Assembly: GCF_000734015.1 (NCBI RefSeq)
Contig: NZ_CP008796.1
Span: 150,001 to 182,000 of the forward strand
Source of the DNA: Thermodesulfobacterium commune DSM 2178
GTDB taxonomy: Bacteria; Desulfobacterota; Thermodesulfobacteria; Thermodesulfobacteriales; Thermodesulfobacteriaceae
Direction: 5' to 3'
Length of the DNA stretch: 32,000 nucleotides
The notes beneath the pieces are model-generated. The model did not search any database. It saw only the letters and a program-made list of their open reading frames with translations, and was not told the origin of the DNA. This document shows, one piece after another, positions 17,516 to 26,861 of this stretch. The position numbers and the translations under genes were made by a program. Each line of letters starts with the position of its first letter. Position 1 is the first letter of the stretch.

Positions 17516-19009
17516 ATGTTAGAGGAAAGTCAGGTTATCAAAGTGCGTTTTGAAAAACTTGCCAAACTTGAGTCTATGGGAATTAAGACCTATCCCAACG
17601 ATTTTCGTCCTAAAGATAAAGCAAAATATATAAAAGAAAAATACCAAGAGTTAAGCCCTGAGGAGATAGAAAAAAAGACCCAAGAATTTGTGGTAGCAGG
17701 GAGGATTATGGCAAAAAGGGAGATGGGTAAACTTATTTTTGCCCATCTCCAAGATGATACAGATAAAATTCAAATTTTAGTGGCTAAAAATGAGTTGGCT
17801 CAAGAAGATTTTGATTTTTTTAAGAAATTTATAGACATAGGGGATATCATAGGGGTTAAAGGAAGGCTTATCAAAACCAAGACCGGTGAGATTACCATAT
17901 TAGTGAAGAGTTTTAAACTCTTAACCAAGGCTCTCCGGCCTTTACCTGAAAAATATCACGGGCTTAAAGATACTGAGTTAAGGTATCGGATGCGCTATGT
18001 AGACCTTATCATGAATCCTAAGGTAAGAGAGCTTTTTAGACTACGAACCCAGATTATTCAGTATATAAGAGATTATTTTATTTCTCAGGGATTTTTAGAA
18101 GTAGAAACCCCGATGATGCATCCTATAGCAGGCGGTGCTGCTGCTAAACCTTTTATTACCTATCACAACGCTTTAGACATGAATTTGTACCTTAGGATAG
18201 CACCTGAGCTTTATCTAAAGAGACTTATAGTAGGCGGTTTTAATAAGGTGTTTGAACTTAACAGAAATTTTAGAAATGAAGGGGTTTCAAGTAGACATAA
18301 TCCAGAGTTTACTATGTTAGAGTTTTACGAGGCTTATGCTACCTATGAAGATCTTATGAAAAGAACCGAGGAGTTGTTTTATGGGCTTGCTTTGGAAATA
18401 ACAGGTAGCCCTAAGATTACTTACCAAGGTCAAGAGATAGACTTTACTCCTCCTTGGAAACGGATTGAGTTCTTAGACGCTCTTATAGAGTTAGGAGGTG
18501 TTCCTAGGGAAGTACTCTTTGAAAAGGAAAAACTTATTAAGTTTGCTAAAGAAAAAAGAATTGAGCTAAACCTAAAAGATCCACGTATAGGTAAATGGTG
18601 GACTAAGCTTTTTGAAGAATTAGTAGAACCAAAACTTATACAACCTACCTTTGTGGTAAAATTTCCTGTGGAGGTTTCTCCCTTAGCCAGAAGAAGTGAT
18701 GAAGACCCTGATTTTGCAGAGAGGTTTGAGCTGTATATTGCAGGAAAAGAAGTAGCTAACGCCTTTTCAGAGTTAAATGACCCAAGGGACCAAAGAAAAA
18801 GGTTTGAAGAACAACTTAAACTAAGGGAAATAGACGAAGAAATCCCTCCAGAGATTGACGAAGATTTTATCCGAGCCCTTGAATATGGTATGCCTCCTTG
18901 TGCGGGAGAAGGTATCGGTATAGATAGAGTGGTTATGCTTTTTACCGACAGTCCCTCGATAAGAGAGGTCATTCTTTTCCCTCACTTAAGGAAAAAAGAG
19001 GATCTTTAA
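17516..19009 (+). CDS. lysS: lysine--tRNA ligase, class II
   Basis: 497 aa with an OB anticodon-binding domain and the class II motifs (FLEVETPMMH, FRNEGVSSRHNPEFTMLEFY, GMPPCAGEGIGIDRVVML). A GGAGGG SD sits 7 nt upstream. Confidence 0.95.
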   Translation: MLEESQVIKVRFEKLAKLESMGIKTYPNDFRPKDKAKYIKEKYQELSPEEIEKKTQEFVVAGRIMAKREMGKLIFAHLQDDTDKIQILVAKNELAQEDFDFFKKFIDIGDIIGVKGRLIKTKTGEITILVKSFKLLTKALRPLPEKYHGLKDTELRYRMRYVDLIMNPKVRELFRLRTQIIQYIRDYFISQGFLEVETPMMHPIAGGAAAKPFITYHNALDMNLYLRIAPELYLKRLIVGGFNKVFELNRNFRNEGVSSRHNPEFTMLEFYEAYATYEDLMKRTEELFYGLALEITGSPKITYQGQEIDFTPPWKRIEFLDALIELGGVPREVLFEKEKLIKFAKEKRIELNLKDPRIGKWWTKLFEELVEPKLIQPTFVVKFPVEVSPLARRSDEDPDFAERFELYIAGKEVANAFSELNDPRDQRKRFEEQLKLREIDEEIPPEIDEDFIRALEYGMPPCAGEGIGIDRVVMLFTDSPSIREVILFPHLRKKEDL

Positions 19010-19022
19010 AAGGATACTTTGA

Positions 19023-20255
19023 ATGAGTTTTTCTAACAACTGGAGGCTCTGGTTAGCTTTAAAATATGTTTTTTCACGGAAAAGAGAGCGTTTTACAGGG
19101 ATAATAGCGGTTATTGCTGTTTTAGGGGTAGCTCTCAGTGTAGGAGCCTTAACTGTAGTAAATGCCGTAATAACTGGTTTTAAAGAAGCAGTAGCAGAAA
19201 AGATTTTAAGTTTAAACCCCCACATCACGATCACCTTCTGGGAAGAAGGGTTAACCCCTAAGATAAAGACTTTAGTAGAAAAAGAGATTCCTAAAGACCA
19301 ATTGTTAAGCCTTCAGGAGACATCTTCTATTCAGGGATTAATCATCGCTCGTTCCCATCCTATAGGTATAGTGCTTAAAGCTTCTAACTTAGATATGTTG
19401 GCCAAAGAAAAAGGTTTTAAGGTATTTTATGTAGAGAAGGATTTTTTAATAAGTGCCAAAGAAGAGAAAGTAGTTCCGGTGGTAGTAGGTAAAAAATTAA
19501 GAGACCGGTTAGGGCTTGGGGTAGGAGAAGTTTTAAATTTTATGAGTGCTCAGGGTATGTTTACCCCCTTCGGTTTTATGCCAAAAATATTAGACCTAAA
19601 AGTAGTAGGTTGGTTTGAAACAGGGGTTTATGATTTTGATTTAAACCTTGTTTTTGCCCCTTCTGAAACGTTTTTTTCTTATCTTACCCCTACCAACAGG
19701 TCTTTAGAGATTAAGCTAAAAGACCCATTTAAATCAGGGATTTACAAAGATAGGTTGCTTTCCTCCTTAGGTTTTGGAGTTCAAATCCTTGACTGGCAAG
19801 AATGGAATAGAAACCTTTTTGCTGCCCTTAAGATGGAAAAGTTAGGTCTCTTTGTAGTGCTAAGTCTTATGATTGCCGTTTCCCTTTTTACGATAATCGC
19901 CGCCATGATCATGCTTGTTTCTGAGAAAAAAATGGATATAGCTATTTTAAGAGCTCTTGGAGCCTCTTCTAAGGATGTAATGATCCTGTTTTTTTATAGT
20001 GGCTTTTTGTTTGCAGTTATAGGGGTATTGTTAGGTTTGGTGTTAGGAGGAAGTCTCTGTTGGGTTCTTTCTAAATATCCAGTGGTAAAACTCCCGAGCG
20101 ATGTTTATCCAGTAGAATACATGCCGGTTTCTTTAAAATTTTTCGACCTTTTGGTTATCGTTTTGATTTCTTTTTTGATAAGTCTTTTAGCCTGCCTTTA
20201 TCCGGCTAAGAAAGCTTCTGAGGTTATGCCTGCAGAGGTTTTACGCCATGGATAA
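19023..20255 (+). CDS. lipoprotein-releasing ABC transporter permease (LolC/E family; only one permease gene present)
   Basis: The N-terminus WRLWLALKYVFSRKRERFTGIIAVIAVLGVALSVGALTVVNAVITGF, a periplasmic loop and a C-terminal FtsX-type 3-TM bundle fit the family. It is followed by lolD with an 8-nt overlap. Confidence 0.85.
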   Translation: MSFSNNWRLWLALKYVFSRKRERFTGIIAVIAVLGVALSVGALTVVNAVITGFKEAVAEKILSLNPHITITFWEEGLTPKIKTLVEKEIPKDQLLSLQETSSIQGLIIARSHPIGIVLKASNLDMLAKEKGFKVFYVEKDFLISAKEEKVVPVVVGKKLRDRLGLGVGEVLNFMSAQGMFTPFGFMPKILDLKVVGWFETGVYDFDLNLVFAPSETFFSYLTPTNRSLEIKLKDPFKSGIYKDRLLSSLGFGVQILDWQEWNRNLFAALKMEKLGLFVVLSLMIAVSLFTIIAAMIMLVSEKKMDIAILRALGASSKDVMILFFYSGFLFAVIGVLLGLVLGGSLCWVLSKYPVVKLPSDVYPVEYMPVSLKFFDLLVIVLISFLISLLACLYPAKKASEVMPAEVLRHG

Positions 20256-20946
20256 CCTTCCTGTTTTAGTCCTAAAATCTATATCAAAAAAATACCAACA
20301 TGCAAACGAAGAGATCGAGGTATTAAAAAAAATCGACTTGGAGGTATATCCAGGAGACCTTATAGCGATAGTAGGACCTTCTGGGGTTGGGAAGACCACT
20401 TTGTTAAACCTTATGGGTACCCTTGATCAGCCTACAAACGGAGAGGTATATTTTCTGGGTAAAAAGATAGATTATAAACAAGAGGAGCATATCCTTGAAA
20501 CACGAAAGAGGATAGGCTTTGTGTTTCAGCTACATCATTTATTACCAGAGTTTACGGTTTTGGAAAACGTTATCCTTCCAGGGTTGATTGCCAATCTGAC
20601 CATAGAGGAATGTATGCAAAGGGCGGAGGTTCTTTTGCAAAAACTTAGAATTTTTCATAGAAAACACCATAAGCCTTCTTCTCTTTCTGGAGGAGAAAGA
20701 CAACGGGCAGCCATTGCCAGGGCGCTTTTTTTAAATCCGGTTTTGGTGCTGGCAGACGAACCTACAGGGAACCTTGACCCAGCAAGTGCAGAAGAGGTAA
20801 TAGACGCTTTTTTAACTCTTAACCAAGATTTTAACACCGCAGTGGTGATGGTAACCCATAACTGGGATTTAGCTAAACGAATGAAAAAAATTTTTTTGCT
20901 AAAAAACGGTTTTCTGGTAAAATGGGAAAAAGAGACCCTCAAATAG
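20248..20946 (+). CDS. lolD: lipoprotein-releasing ABC transporter ATP-binding protein
   Basis: Walker A GPSGVGKTT, signature LSGGERQR, Walker B LVLADEPTGNLD. The call rests on context with the LolC/E-type permease. Confidence 0.85.
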   Translation: MDNLPVLVLKSISKKYQHANEEIEVLKKIDLEVYPGDLIAIVGPSGVGKTTLLNLMGTLDQPTNGEVYFLGKKIDYKQEEHILETRKRIGFVFQLHHLLPEFTVLENVILPGLIANLTIEECMQRAEVLLQKLRIFHRKHHKPSSLSGGERQRAAIARALFLNPVLVLADEPTGNLDPASAEEVIDAFLTLNQDFNTAVVMVTHNWDLAKRMKKIFLLKNGFLVKWEKETLK

Positions 20947-20956
20947 GGGTTAAGCT

Positions 20957-23590
20957 TTGAAGAAGATATTTCTATTTTTTGTTTTTGTCTGGCTGGGATG
21001 GTTACCTTCCCTTTTTTCAGCTCAAACAAATCTTCTTATCTATTCTGCCAAAACCATAGGTGACCCTACCAGTAGTCAAACTTTAGAAGCTTACCTTCAA
21101 AAACTTCAAGAAACACTTAAAAAAGAAGGGTTTCTCTTAGAAAAAAAGGTCTATTCTACCGAAGAAGCTAAGGCCTTCCTGAAAACAGGGATTTATGAAG
21201 GGATAGCTGAGGTTAAAGGTGTGGTTATAGGGAATAATGTGAGCTTTGAATGGAAACTTCTTTTACCTGGACCAAGCACCCAGTATTTTAACGTGGTAGG
21301 AGAAACAGGAAACATAGATACCTTGGTTTCTAATACGGTACCATATTTAAAAAGTATCTTTGAGAAAAAAGAAATAGTAGAAGAAATAAGATTAGTAGGT
21401 AATATGAGGATTAAAGAAGACCTGATTTATCCAAACCTTACCACCAAACCTGGCGACATCCTTGACTATAAAAAATTAAACACAGATCTGAGAAATCTCT
21501 ATAAGATGGGATACTTTGAAAACATCGAGGTTAAGTTAGAAAAAGGAGCCAAAGGGGCGATAGTAGTTTTTGAATTTAAAGAGAATCCTTCTATCAAGGA
21601 GGTAGTTTTTAAAGGTAATAAACAGGTAAAGAGTGAAGATCTGTTGAAAATCATCAATCTTAAGGAAGGTACGGTTATTACGTCTAAGGAGCTTGACAGG
21701 ATTCTTGAGATGGTAAAAGCCTACTACGAACAGTTAGGTTACAGCGGGACTGATGTGAAAATAGACTTAGAAAAGGTTTCCCAAGCTCAGGTGAAGTTGA
21801 TAGTAGAGATAAAAGAAGGAAGGAAAAAATATATAAAGAAAATAGAATTTATAGGAAACAAAGCTATTTCAGAAAAAGAGTTGAGAGGTTTACTTTCTGT
21901 TTCAGAAAAATCTATATTTTCCCCGGTTAAAAAAGTTACTCAATATCTGAGAACTCTGACTACTCCAGAACCAGTATCTGAACCTGGGGTTTATAATCTT
22001 GCCTTTCTTTATAGAGATTTAGGAAAAATAGAAAGTTTTTATAAAAATCGTGGTTTTATCGATGTTAAGGTAGGAGAACCTTTGGTTAAAGAGGAAGAGG
22101 ATGGGGTAATAATAAAAATCCCTATAGAAGAAGGAGATCAATATAAAGTTGGAAAGGTGGAGATACAACAGGATCTTTTTCCAGAGGATAAGATTTACAA
22201 AAAATTAAAGACCTTACCTGGGAAGGTTTTTAGTTTAGAGTCTTTAAAAATAGATGAGACCACCCTTACCCATCTTTTTGCAGACTATGGTTATGCCTAT
22301 GCTAAGGTGACCACCGATTTTAGTAAAGACCCCAAAGCAAAGGTTATTAACCTAACCTTTAAGGTGGAAAAGGGACCTGTGGTTTATGTCAACCGTATTG
22401 AGGTAGAAGGAAACACCAAAACCAGGGATAAGGTGATTAGAAGACAAATTAACATAGCTGAAGGTTGGCCTTATAGTGAGAAGAGAATAGAAGAAAGTGA
22501 GGTAAGGATAAGAAGGTTGGGTTTTTTTGAAGATGTAAAGATAGAAAAAGAAAAGGCTGCCAAAGAAGATGAAGTCAACCTTAAGGTAAAGGTTAAAGAA
22601 ATGCTTACTGGTTCGTTTGGTATCGGTGGTGGTTATAGTTCTTATGATAAGTTTATGTTAATGTTAGACATAACAGAAAGAAATTTCTTAGGAAAAGGGC
22701 AAAGATTAAACTTAGCAGCAAGACTTGGTACTAAAACCAGCCGTTACTCTATAAATTTTTATGACCCCTATTTTAGAGATACCAAGTATTCTCTCGGTTG
22801 GTCTCTTTATAACTTTGAGATAGAATATGACGATTTCACCAAGGACAGTAAAGGTGCTTCCCTAAAAGTAGGATATAACCTTACCTCAAAACTTTCTGTG
22901 TATGCAGGCTATAGATTAGACCATACCACCCTTGAAGATCTTTCAGATAACGTAGCCAAAATCATTTTAGAATCTAAGGATATTAAATTGACCAGTGCCT
23001 TTCAGTTTGGGTTAAACTATGACTCAAGGAATAGGTTTTTTATGCCTACCAAGGGTTGGTACCATGCTTTAGATTTTGAACTTGCCGAAAAGTGGTTAGG
23101 AGGAGACAGTAATTACATAAAAGTAGAAGGTGAACACCAAGTCTATCACACCTTTCATAAGCTTACTTTCCACGGAGTCCTAGGGTACGGATATCTAACC
23201 GAAGGTGGAGCCAGAAAAATCCCAGTTTATGAAAGGTTTTTCTTAGGAGGAATAAATTCGGTAAGAGGATATAAATACGGAGATATTTCTCCTAAGGATC
23301 CTGAGACAGAAGATAAAATAGGGGGTACCAGAAAGTTTTATACCCAGTTCGAGGTTATCTTTCCACTGATAAAAAATATCAATTTAAACGGGGTAGTCTT
23401 TTACGACATGGGAAACGTCTGGGATAAAAATACCGAATTTCAGTTTTCAGACCTCAGAAAAAGTGTAGGTATAGGCTTAAGATGGCTTTCTCCTTTTGGT
23501 CCCTTAAGGTTAGAATGGGGTTATAATATCGATAAGAAACCTCGAGAGGATTCAAGTAACTTCAACTTTAGTATCGGTGGAAATTTTTAG
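20957..23590 (+). CDS. bamA: outer membrane protein assembly factor BamA (with extra N-terminal domain)
   Basis: 877 aa. TTG start (20957) with an AGGGGT SD 6 nt upstream; only this start yields the signal peptide MKKIFLFFVFVWLGWLPSLFSAQ. POTRA repeats begin around residue 140 (IVEEIRLVGNMRIKEDLI..., IKEVVFKGNKQV..., IKKIEFIGNKAISE..., VNRIEVEGNTKTRDKVIRR). The C-terminal Omp85 barrel is present (RFFLGGINSVRGY..., LRLEWGYNI). Confidence 0.9.
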   Translation: MKKIFLFFVFVWLGWLPSLFSAQTNLLIYSAKTIGDPTSSQTLEAYLQKLQETLKKEGFLLEKKVYSTEEAKAFLKTGIYEGIAEVKGVVIGNNVSFEWKLLLPGPSTQYFNVVGETGNIDTLVSNTVPYLKSIFEKKEIVEEIRLVGNMRIKEDLIYPNLTTKPGDILDYKKLNTDLRNLYKMGYFENIEVKLEKGAKGAIVVFEFKENPSIKEVVFKGNKQVKSEDLLKIINLKEGTVITSKELDRILEMVKAYYEQLGYSGTDVKIDLEKVSQAQVKLIVEIKEGRKKYIKKIEFIGNKAISEKELRGLLSVSEKSIFSPVKKVTQYLRTLTTPEPVSEPGVYNLAFLYRDLGKIESFYKNRGFIDVKVGEPLVKEEEDGVIIKIPIEEGDQYKVGKVEIQQDLFPEDKIYKKLKTLPGKVFSLESLKIDETTLTHLFADYGYAYAKVTTDFSKDPKAKVINLTFKVEKGPVVYVNRIEVEGNTKTRDKVIRRQINIAEGWPYSEKRIEESEVRIRRLGFFEDVKIEKEKAAKEDEVNLKVKVKEMLTGSFGIGGGYSSYDKFMLMLDITERNFLGKGQRLNLAARLGTKTSRYSINFYDPYFRDTKYSLGWSLYNFEIEYDDFTKDSKGASLKVGYNLTSKLSVYAGYRLDHTTLEDLSDNVAKIILESKDIKLTSAFQFGLNYDSRNRFFMPTKGWYHALDFELAEKWLGGDSNYIKVEGEHQVYHTFHKLTFHGVLGYGYLTEGGARKIPVYERFFLGGINSVRGYKYGDISPKDPETEDKIGGTRKFYTQFEVIFPLIKNINLNGVVFYDMGNVWDKNTEFQFSDLRKSVGIGLRWLSPFGPLRLEWGYNIDKKPREDSSNFNFSIGGNF

Positions 23591-23805
23591 TTTTTACACA
23601 AAGTCAACTTTTTGATAAAGTCAAAAAAATGACATTTTTGGGTACTTCGTAGTTTGTTTAATATCTAATAGCGTGGTTTTTTCAGGAAAAATATTTCTAG
23701 TAGTATAAAGAAAAATTTTCCTTGACCTGACAATCGGTAGGAAAAGTTTTACCTTCTTTTTTTTTTCCCGCAGGTGGCATTAGTAATATCTACATCTTTA
23801 AAAAT

Positions 23806-23827
23806 GGGCATGGTTTTTGTATATAAT
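23806..23827 (+). promoter_or_regulatory. candidate promoter elements upstream of flgF (weak sigma54-like GG-N10-GT and an overlapping TATAAT box)
   Basis: GGCATGGTTTTTGT (23807-23820) resembles GGCACG-N4-TTGC, but the conserved -12 C is a T. TATAAT at 23822-23827 lies 36 nt before the ATG and no good -35 was found. Both are weak pattern matches. Confidence 0.2.
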
Positions 23828-23862
23828 CTTTCAGAAACTTTTAGTTTATAAGAGAGGTTTAT

Positions 23863-24624
23863 ATGAGAGGGATACATATTAATCCTCAGTTAGGGTTGCT
23901 TGAGGCCTTAGAGGCGGCTCAACTTCTTGACAGAAGGTTAACGGTTACTACCAATAATTTGGCCAACGTTGACACCCCAGGTTATAAAGAAGATAGGTTG
24001 AGTTTTCAAGAAGTTTTGATGAAAAAAATCGGGCCTAAGGGAAAAAGGGCGTTTAAAGAGACAGTACCTTATTTGAATAAAGAGCAGGGTATTTTAGAGC
24101 ATACGCAAAATCCCTTACACTTTGCTATCGTAGGGGAGGGGTTTTTTAAGGTTCAAACCCCTAATGGAATAGCCTATACCAGGGCAGGTAATTTTACGAT
24201 TGACACTCAGAGGAGGTTGGTTACCCCAGAAGGATATCCAGTCTTGGTTAACGGAACTCCTTTGGTGGTTGACCCTGGTATGGCAAGAGGAGGACTTATT
24301 ACGATGGAGGACTATAGACTTCAGGTCTCTCCTGATGGGGTTTTATCTATAGATGGAACAGAGTTAGGAAGGTTTGACGTGGTTACTTTTCAAGATCTAA
24401 ACAAACTTAAAAAAGTAGGAGAAAACCTATATATGGCAGAAGGTATGGAAGAGATGCCGTCTACTAATTATGAGATTAGACAAGGTTTTATAGAAAAGTC
24501 TAACGTAAATCCTATAAGAGAGATGGTTGGTTTGATTGAGATCCAAAGGACTTTTCAGTCAGTCCAAAAAAGCATTCAAGGTTGGGATGAAGCAACAGAA
24601 AAACTGTTAGGTTTGAATAGATAA
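23863..24624 (+). CDS. flgF: flagellar basal-body rod protein FlgF
   Basis: 253 aa. The N-terminal rod motif is LTVTTNNLANVDTPGYKEDR and the C-terminal motif is IRQGFIEKSNVNPIREMVGLIEIQRTFQS. It sits immediately upstream of flgG. An AGAGAGG SD is present. Confidence 0.85.
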   Translation: MRGIHINPQLGLLEALEAAQLLDRRLTVTTNNLANVDTPGYKEDRLSFQEVLMKKIGPKGKRAFKETVPYLNKEQGILEHTQNPLHFAIVGEGFFKVQTPNGIAYTRAGNFTIDTQRRLVTPEGYPVLVNGTPLVVDPGMARGGLITMEDYRLQVSPDGVLSIDGTELGRFDVVTFQDLNKLKKVGENLYMAEGMEEMPSTNYEIRQGFIEKSNVNPIREMVGLIEIQRTFQSVQKSIQGWDEATEKLLGLNR

Positions 24625-24652
24625 AGATAATTGGTAGAGGAGGAAAAGCACG

Positions 24653-25435
24653 ATGATAAGAGGACTTTGGAGTGCTGCTACAGGGATGCAAGGACAGCAG
24701 TTGCAACTTGACGTGATAGCCAATAATCTTGCCAACGTAAACACCGTAGGTTTTAAAAAGAGTAGGGTTGACTTTGAGGATTTGTTTTATCAAAACCTAA
24801 AGCTTGCCGGAGCTTTGACAGCAGATGGAACCCAGGTACCTGTGGGAATGCAGATAGGTCTTGGGGTAAGGCCGGTGGCTGTTCCTAAGTTGTTTACCCA
24901 AGGAGAGTATCAGCTAACCAACCAAGAGCTTGATTGGGCGATAGAGGGTAGAGGGTTCTTTAGAGTGATCATGGGAGGAGAGGAATATTATACTAGGGCA
25001 GGGAACTTCAAACTTGATCGTGATGGATACATTGTGACCCCTGACGGTGCAAGATTACAACCTGAGTTTGCCGTTCCTCAGGGTACAGCAAGGATTGAGG
25101 TTACTCCAGATGGAATTATTACTGCCCTTGGCCCAAGAGGAGAGACCTTAGCCCAAGCTCAGCTTACTCTTTATGATTTTACCAACCCAGCTGGTCTTTA
25201 TGCGGTGGGAAGAAATCTATTTAAATCTACAGATGCTGCTGGAGATGTTATAGAGGGTAACCCTGGACAAAATGGATTTGGAACCATAGCTCAGGGTTAT
25301 CTTGAGATGTCTAACGTGGACATCGTAGAAGAGATGGTAAAAATGATCATTACCCAAAGGGCTTATGAGTCTAACTCCAAAGGAGTGTTAACTGCAGACC
25401 AGCTTTTAGAAATAGCCAACAACCTTAAGAGGTAG
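24653..25435 (+). CDS. flgG: flagellar basal-body distal rod protein FlgG
   Basis: MIRGLWSAATGMQGQQLQLDVIANNLANVNTVGFKKSR...GYLEMSNVDIVEEMVKMIITQRAYESNSK is highly conserved FlgG sequence. Confidence 0.92.
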   Translation: MIRGLWSAATGMQGQQLQLDVIANNLANVNTVGFKKSRVDFEDLFYQNLKLAGALTADGTQVPVGMQIGLGVRPVAVPKLFTQGEYQLTNQELDWAIEGRGFFRVIMGGEEYYTRAGNFKLDRDGYIVTPDGARLQPEFAVPQGTARIEVTPDGIITALGPRGETLAQAQLTLYDFTNPAGLYAVGRNLFKSTDAAGDVIEGNPGQNGFGTIAQGYLEMSNVDIVEEMVKMIITQRAYESNSKGVLTADQLLEIANNLKR

Positions 25436-25442
25436 TGGATAG

Positions 25443-26147
25443 ATGAAAAGAAGGTGGTTTTTGGTCTTTTTTATAGCCTTTGTGCTAAGTTTTAAGCCTC
25501 TTAAAGGAGAAGAGTTTTACACTGAGGCGGATTATAAAAAAATTTTTTTGCAAGAAATACAAACAAGGCTAAGCAAGGTATACCCAAAATTGAGTTTAGA
25601 AAAGTTTAGCGTAGAACCAAGGGAAGCTAAGGTGATTAAAGAAATGCCTTACCAGGTTAAATTTTTAGGAAGACCAGGTCTTGGGTCTAATACAGTTATT
25701 CTGGTGTTTTTTAAAGACGGAAAAGAAGCTTTTAGGGTTAGACTCTGGGGTTATGTAGAAACCTACGCTTTTGTGGCAGTGTTAGCTAAACCGTTAGAAA
25801 AAGGAGAGGTAATCACTAAGAACCACTTAGTTTTTCAAGAAAGACCGCTCTCAAGGCTTCCTCAAGATGTGATTTTAGAAGAAGAAGAGGTATTAGGTAA
25901 AGAGGTAAGAACAAGCCTTAAGCCTAATGTGGTTTTAAGAAAGTCATTCTTGAACGAACCTCTTTTAGTAAAAAGAGGACAAGAGGTTTTAATCATAGGT
26001 AAAGGACGGGGGTTTTTGGTTAAAACCAAGGGTAAGGCCTTACAAGATGGAAGAAAAGGGGAGGTTATAAAGGTTAGAAATTTAACCAGTAACAAAGAAG
26101 TTTTAGGTAGAGTAATCTCAACAAACGAAATTGAGGTGATGCTATAA
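25443..26147 (+). CDS. flgA: flagellar P-ring assembly chaperone FlgA
   Basis: 234 aa with a signal peptide. The C-terminal SAF/FlgA pattern is present (VAVLAKPLEKGEVITKNHL..., LVKRGQEVLIIGKGRGFLVKTKGKALQDGRKGEVIKVRNLTSNKEVLGRV). It lies between flgG and flgH. Confidence 0.8.
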   Translation: MKRRWFLVFFIAFVLSFKPLKGEEFYTEADYKKIFLQEIQTRLSKVYPKLSLEKFSVEPREAKVIKEMPYQVKFLGRPGLGSNTVILVFFKDGKEAFRVRLWGYVETYAFVAVLAKPLEKGEVITKNHLVFQERPLSRLPQDVILEEEEVLGKEVRTSLKPNVVLRKSFLNEPLLVKRGQEVLIIGKGRGFLVKTKGKALQDGRKGEVIKVRNLTSNKEVLGRVISTNEIEVML

Positions 26148-26851
26148 TGAGAATGTCAAAAATTTGGCTATCATTGTGGCTTATATTTTTGTGGGGCTGT
26201 TGGGAGTTTGACCCGAAAACCCCTCCCACCCCCCCACAACCTCCTGAGGTAGCCGTTCAAGTAGAAGAAGGGCGTTATTTGACTAAAGGGTCTTTGTTTA
26301 AAGAGGGAAGGGATTTATATGGTTATGCAGATAAAAGAGCCAGATTTGTAGGGGATATTCTTACGGTTAAGATTGTAGAGACCTATCAAAGCTCTAACAC
26401 GGTAAGTCAAAAAAGTGGAAAAAGTAGTTCTGCCTCTGCGGGTCTCTCCAGTATTTTAGGCTATGAGAAAGATATAAAAGGCATGTTTTTACCTGATGCT
26501 GCAGATTTAGGGACTCTGTTTAAAGGTGAGATGAGTTCTTCTACCTCTGGACAAGGTCAGACATCAAGACAAAGTAAGATTGTGGCTACCTTAAGTGCAA
26601 GGGTGGTTAAAGTCTTGCCAAACGGGAATTTAGTAATTCAAGGGGTGAGAACCATAAAGAGAAATAGAGACCTTGAGTATATAACCCTTACAGGGATCGT
26701 AAGACCAGAAGACATAGCTGCAGACAATTCAGTGCTTTCTACCCAGATCTCTGATGCCTATATCGAATACAGCGGTAAGGGTCCTAATAGTGAGGCTGCA
26801 AGTGGACCGGGAATCATTACCAGGCTTTTACAACTATTTTGGTTGTTTTAG
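26147..26851 (+). CDS. flgH: flagellar L-ring lipoprotein FlgH
   Basis: Lipobox FLWGC, then the FlgH core GDILTVKIVE...VVKVLPNGNLVIQGVRTIKRNRDLEYITLTGIVRPEDI...VLSTQISDAYIEYSGKG. The start shares one base with the flgA stop (TAATG). Confidence 0.9.
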   Translation: MRMSKIWLSLWLIFLWGCWEFDPKTPPTPPQPPEVAVQVEEGRYLTKGSLFKEGRDLYGYADKRARFVGDILTVKIVETYQSSNTVSQKSGKSSSASAGLSSILGYEKDIKGMFLPDAADLGTLFKGEMSSSTSGQGQTSRQSKIVATLSARVVKVLPNGNLVIQGVRTIKRNRDLEYITLTGIVRPEDIAADNSVLSTQISDAYIEYSGKGPNSEAASGPGIITRLLQLFWLF

Positions 26852-26861
26852 AGGGAAGGGT

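Noticed and set aside
18430-18972. 180-aa Ser-rich ORF antisense to lysS
   Set aside because: It lies entirely inside the confidently identified lysS gene on the opposite strand. Its low-complexity S/I/L composition is what the complement of K/E-rich codons produces. It has no SD and no recognisable family.
20655-21029. 124-aa ORF antisense to the lolD 3' end and the bamA start
   Set aside because: It overlaps two well-supported plus-strand genes. It has no homology signal and is a typical shadow ORF.
23771-23790. Second sigma54-like TGGCAT box (TGGCATTAGTAATATC) upstream of flgF
   Set aside because: The -12 position reads ATAT instead of TTGC, so it does not match beyond the -24 half-site.
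26754-26861. Upstream extension of the flgI ORF that overlaps flgH by 98 nt
   Set aside because: The extension (MPISNTAVRVLIV...) precedes the obvious signal peptide. The ATG at 26862 has a strong SD and aligns with the canonical FlgI N-terminus.
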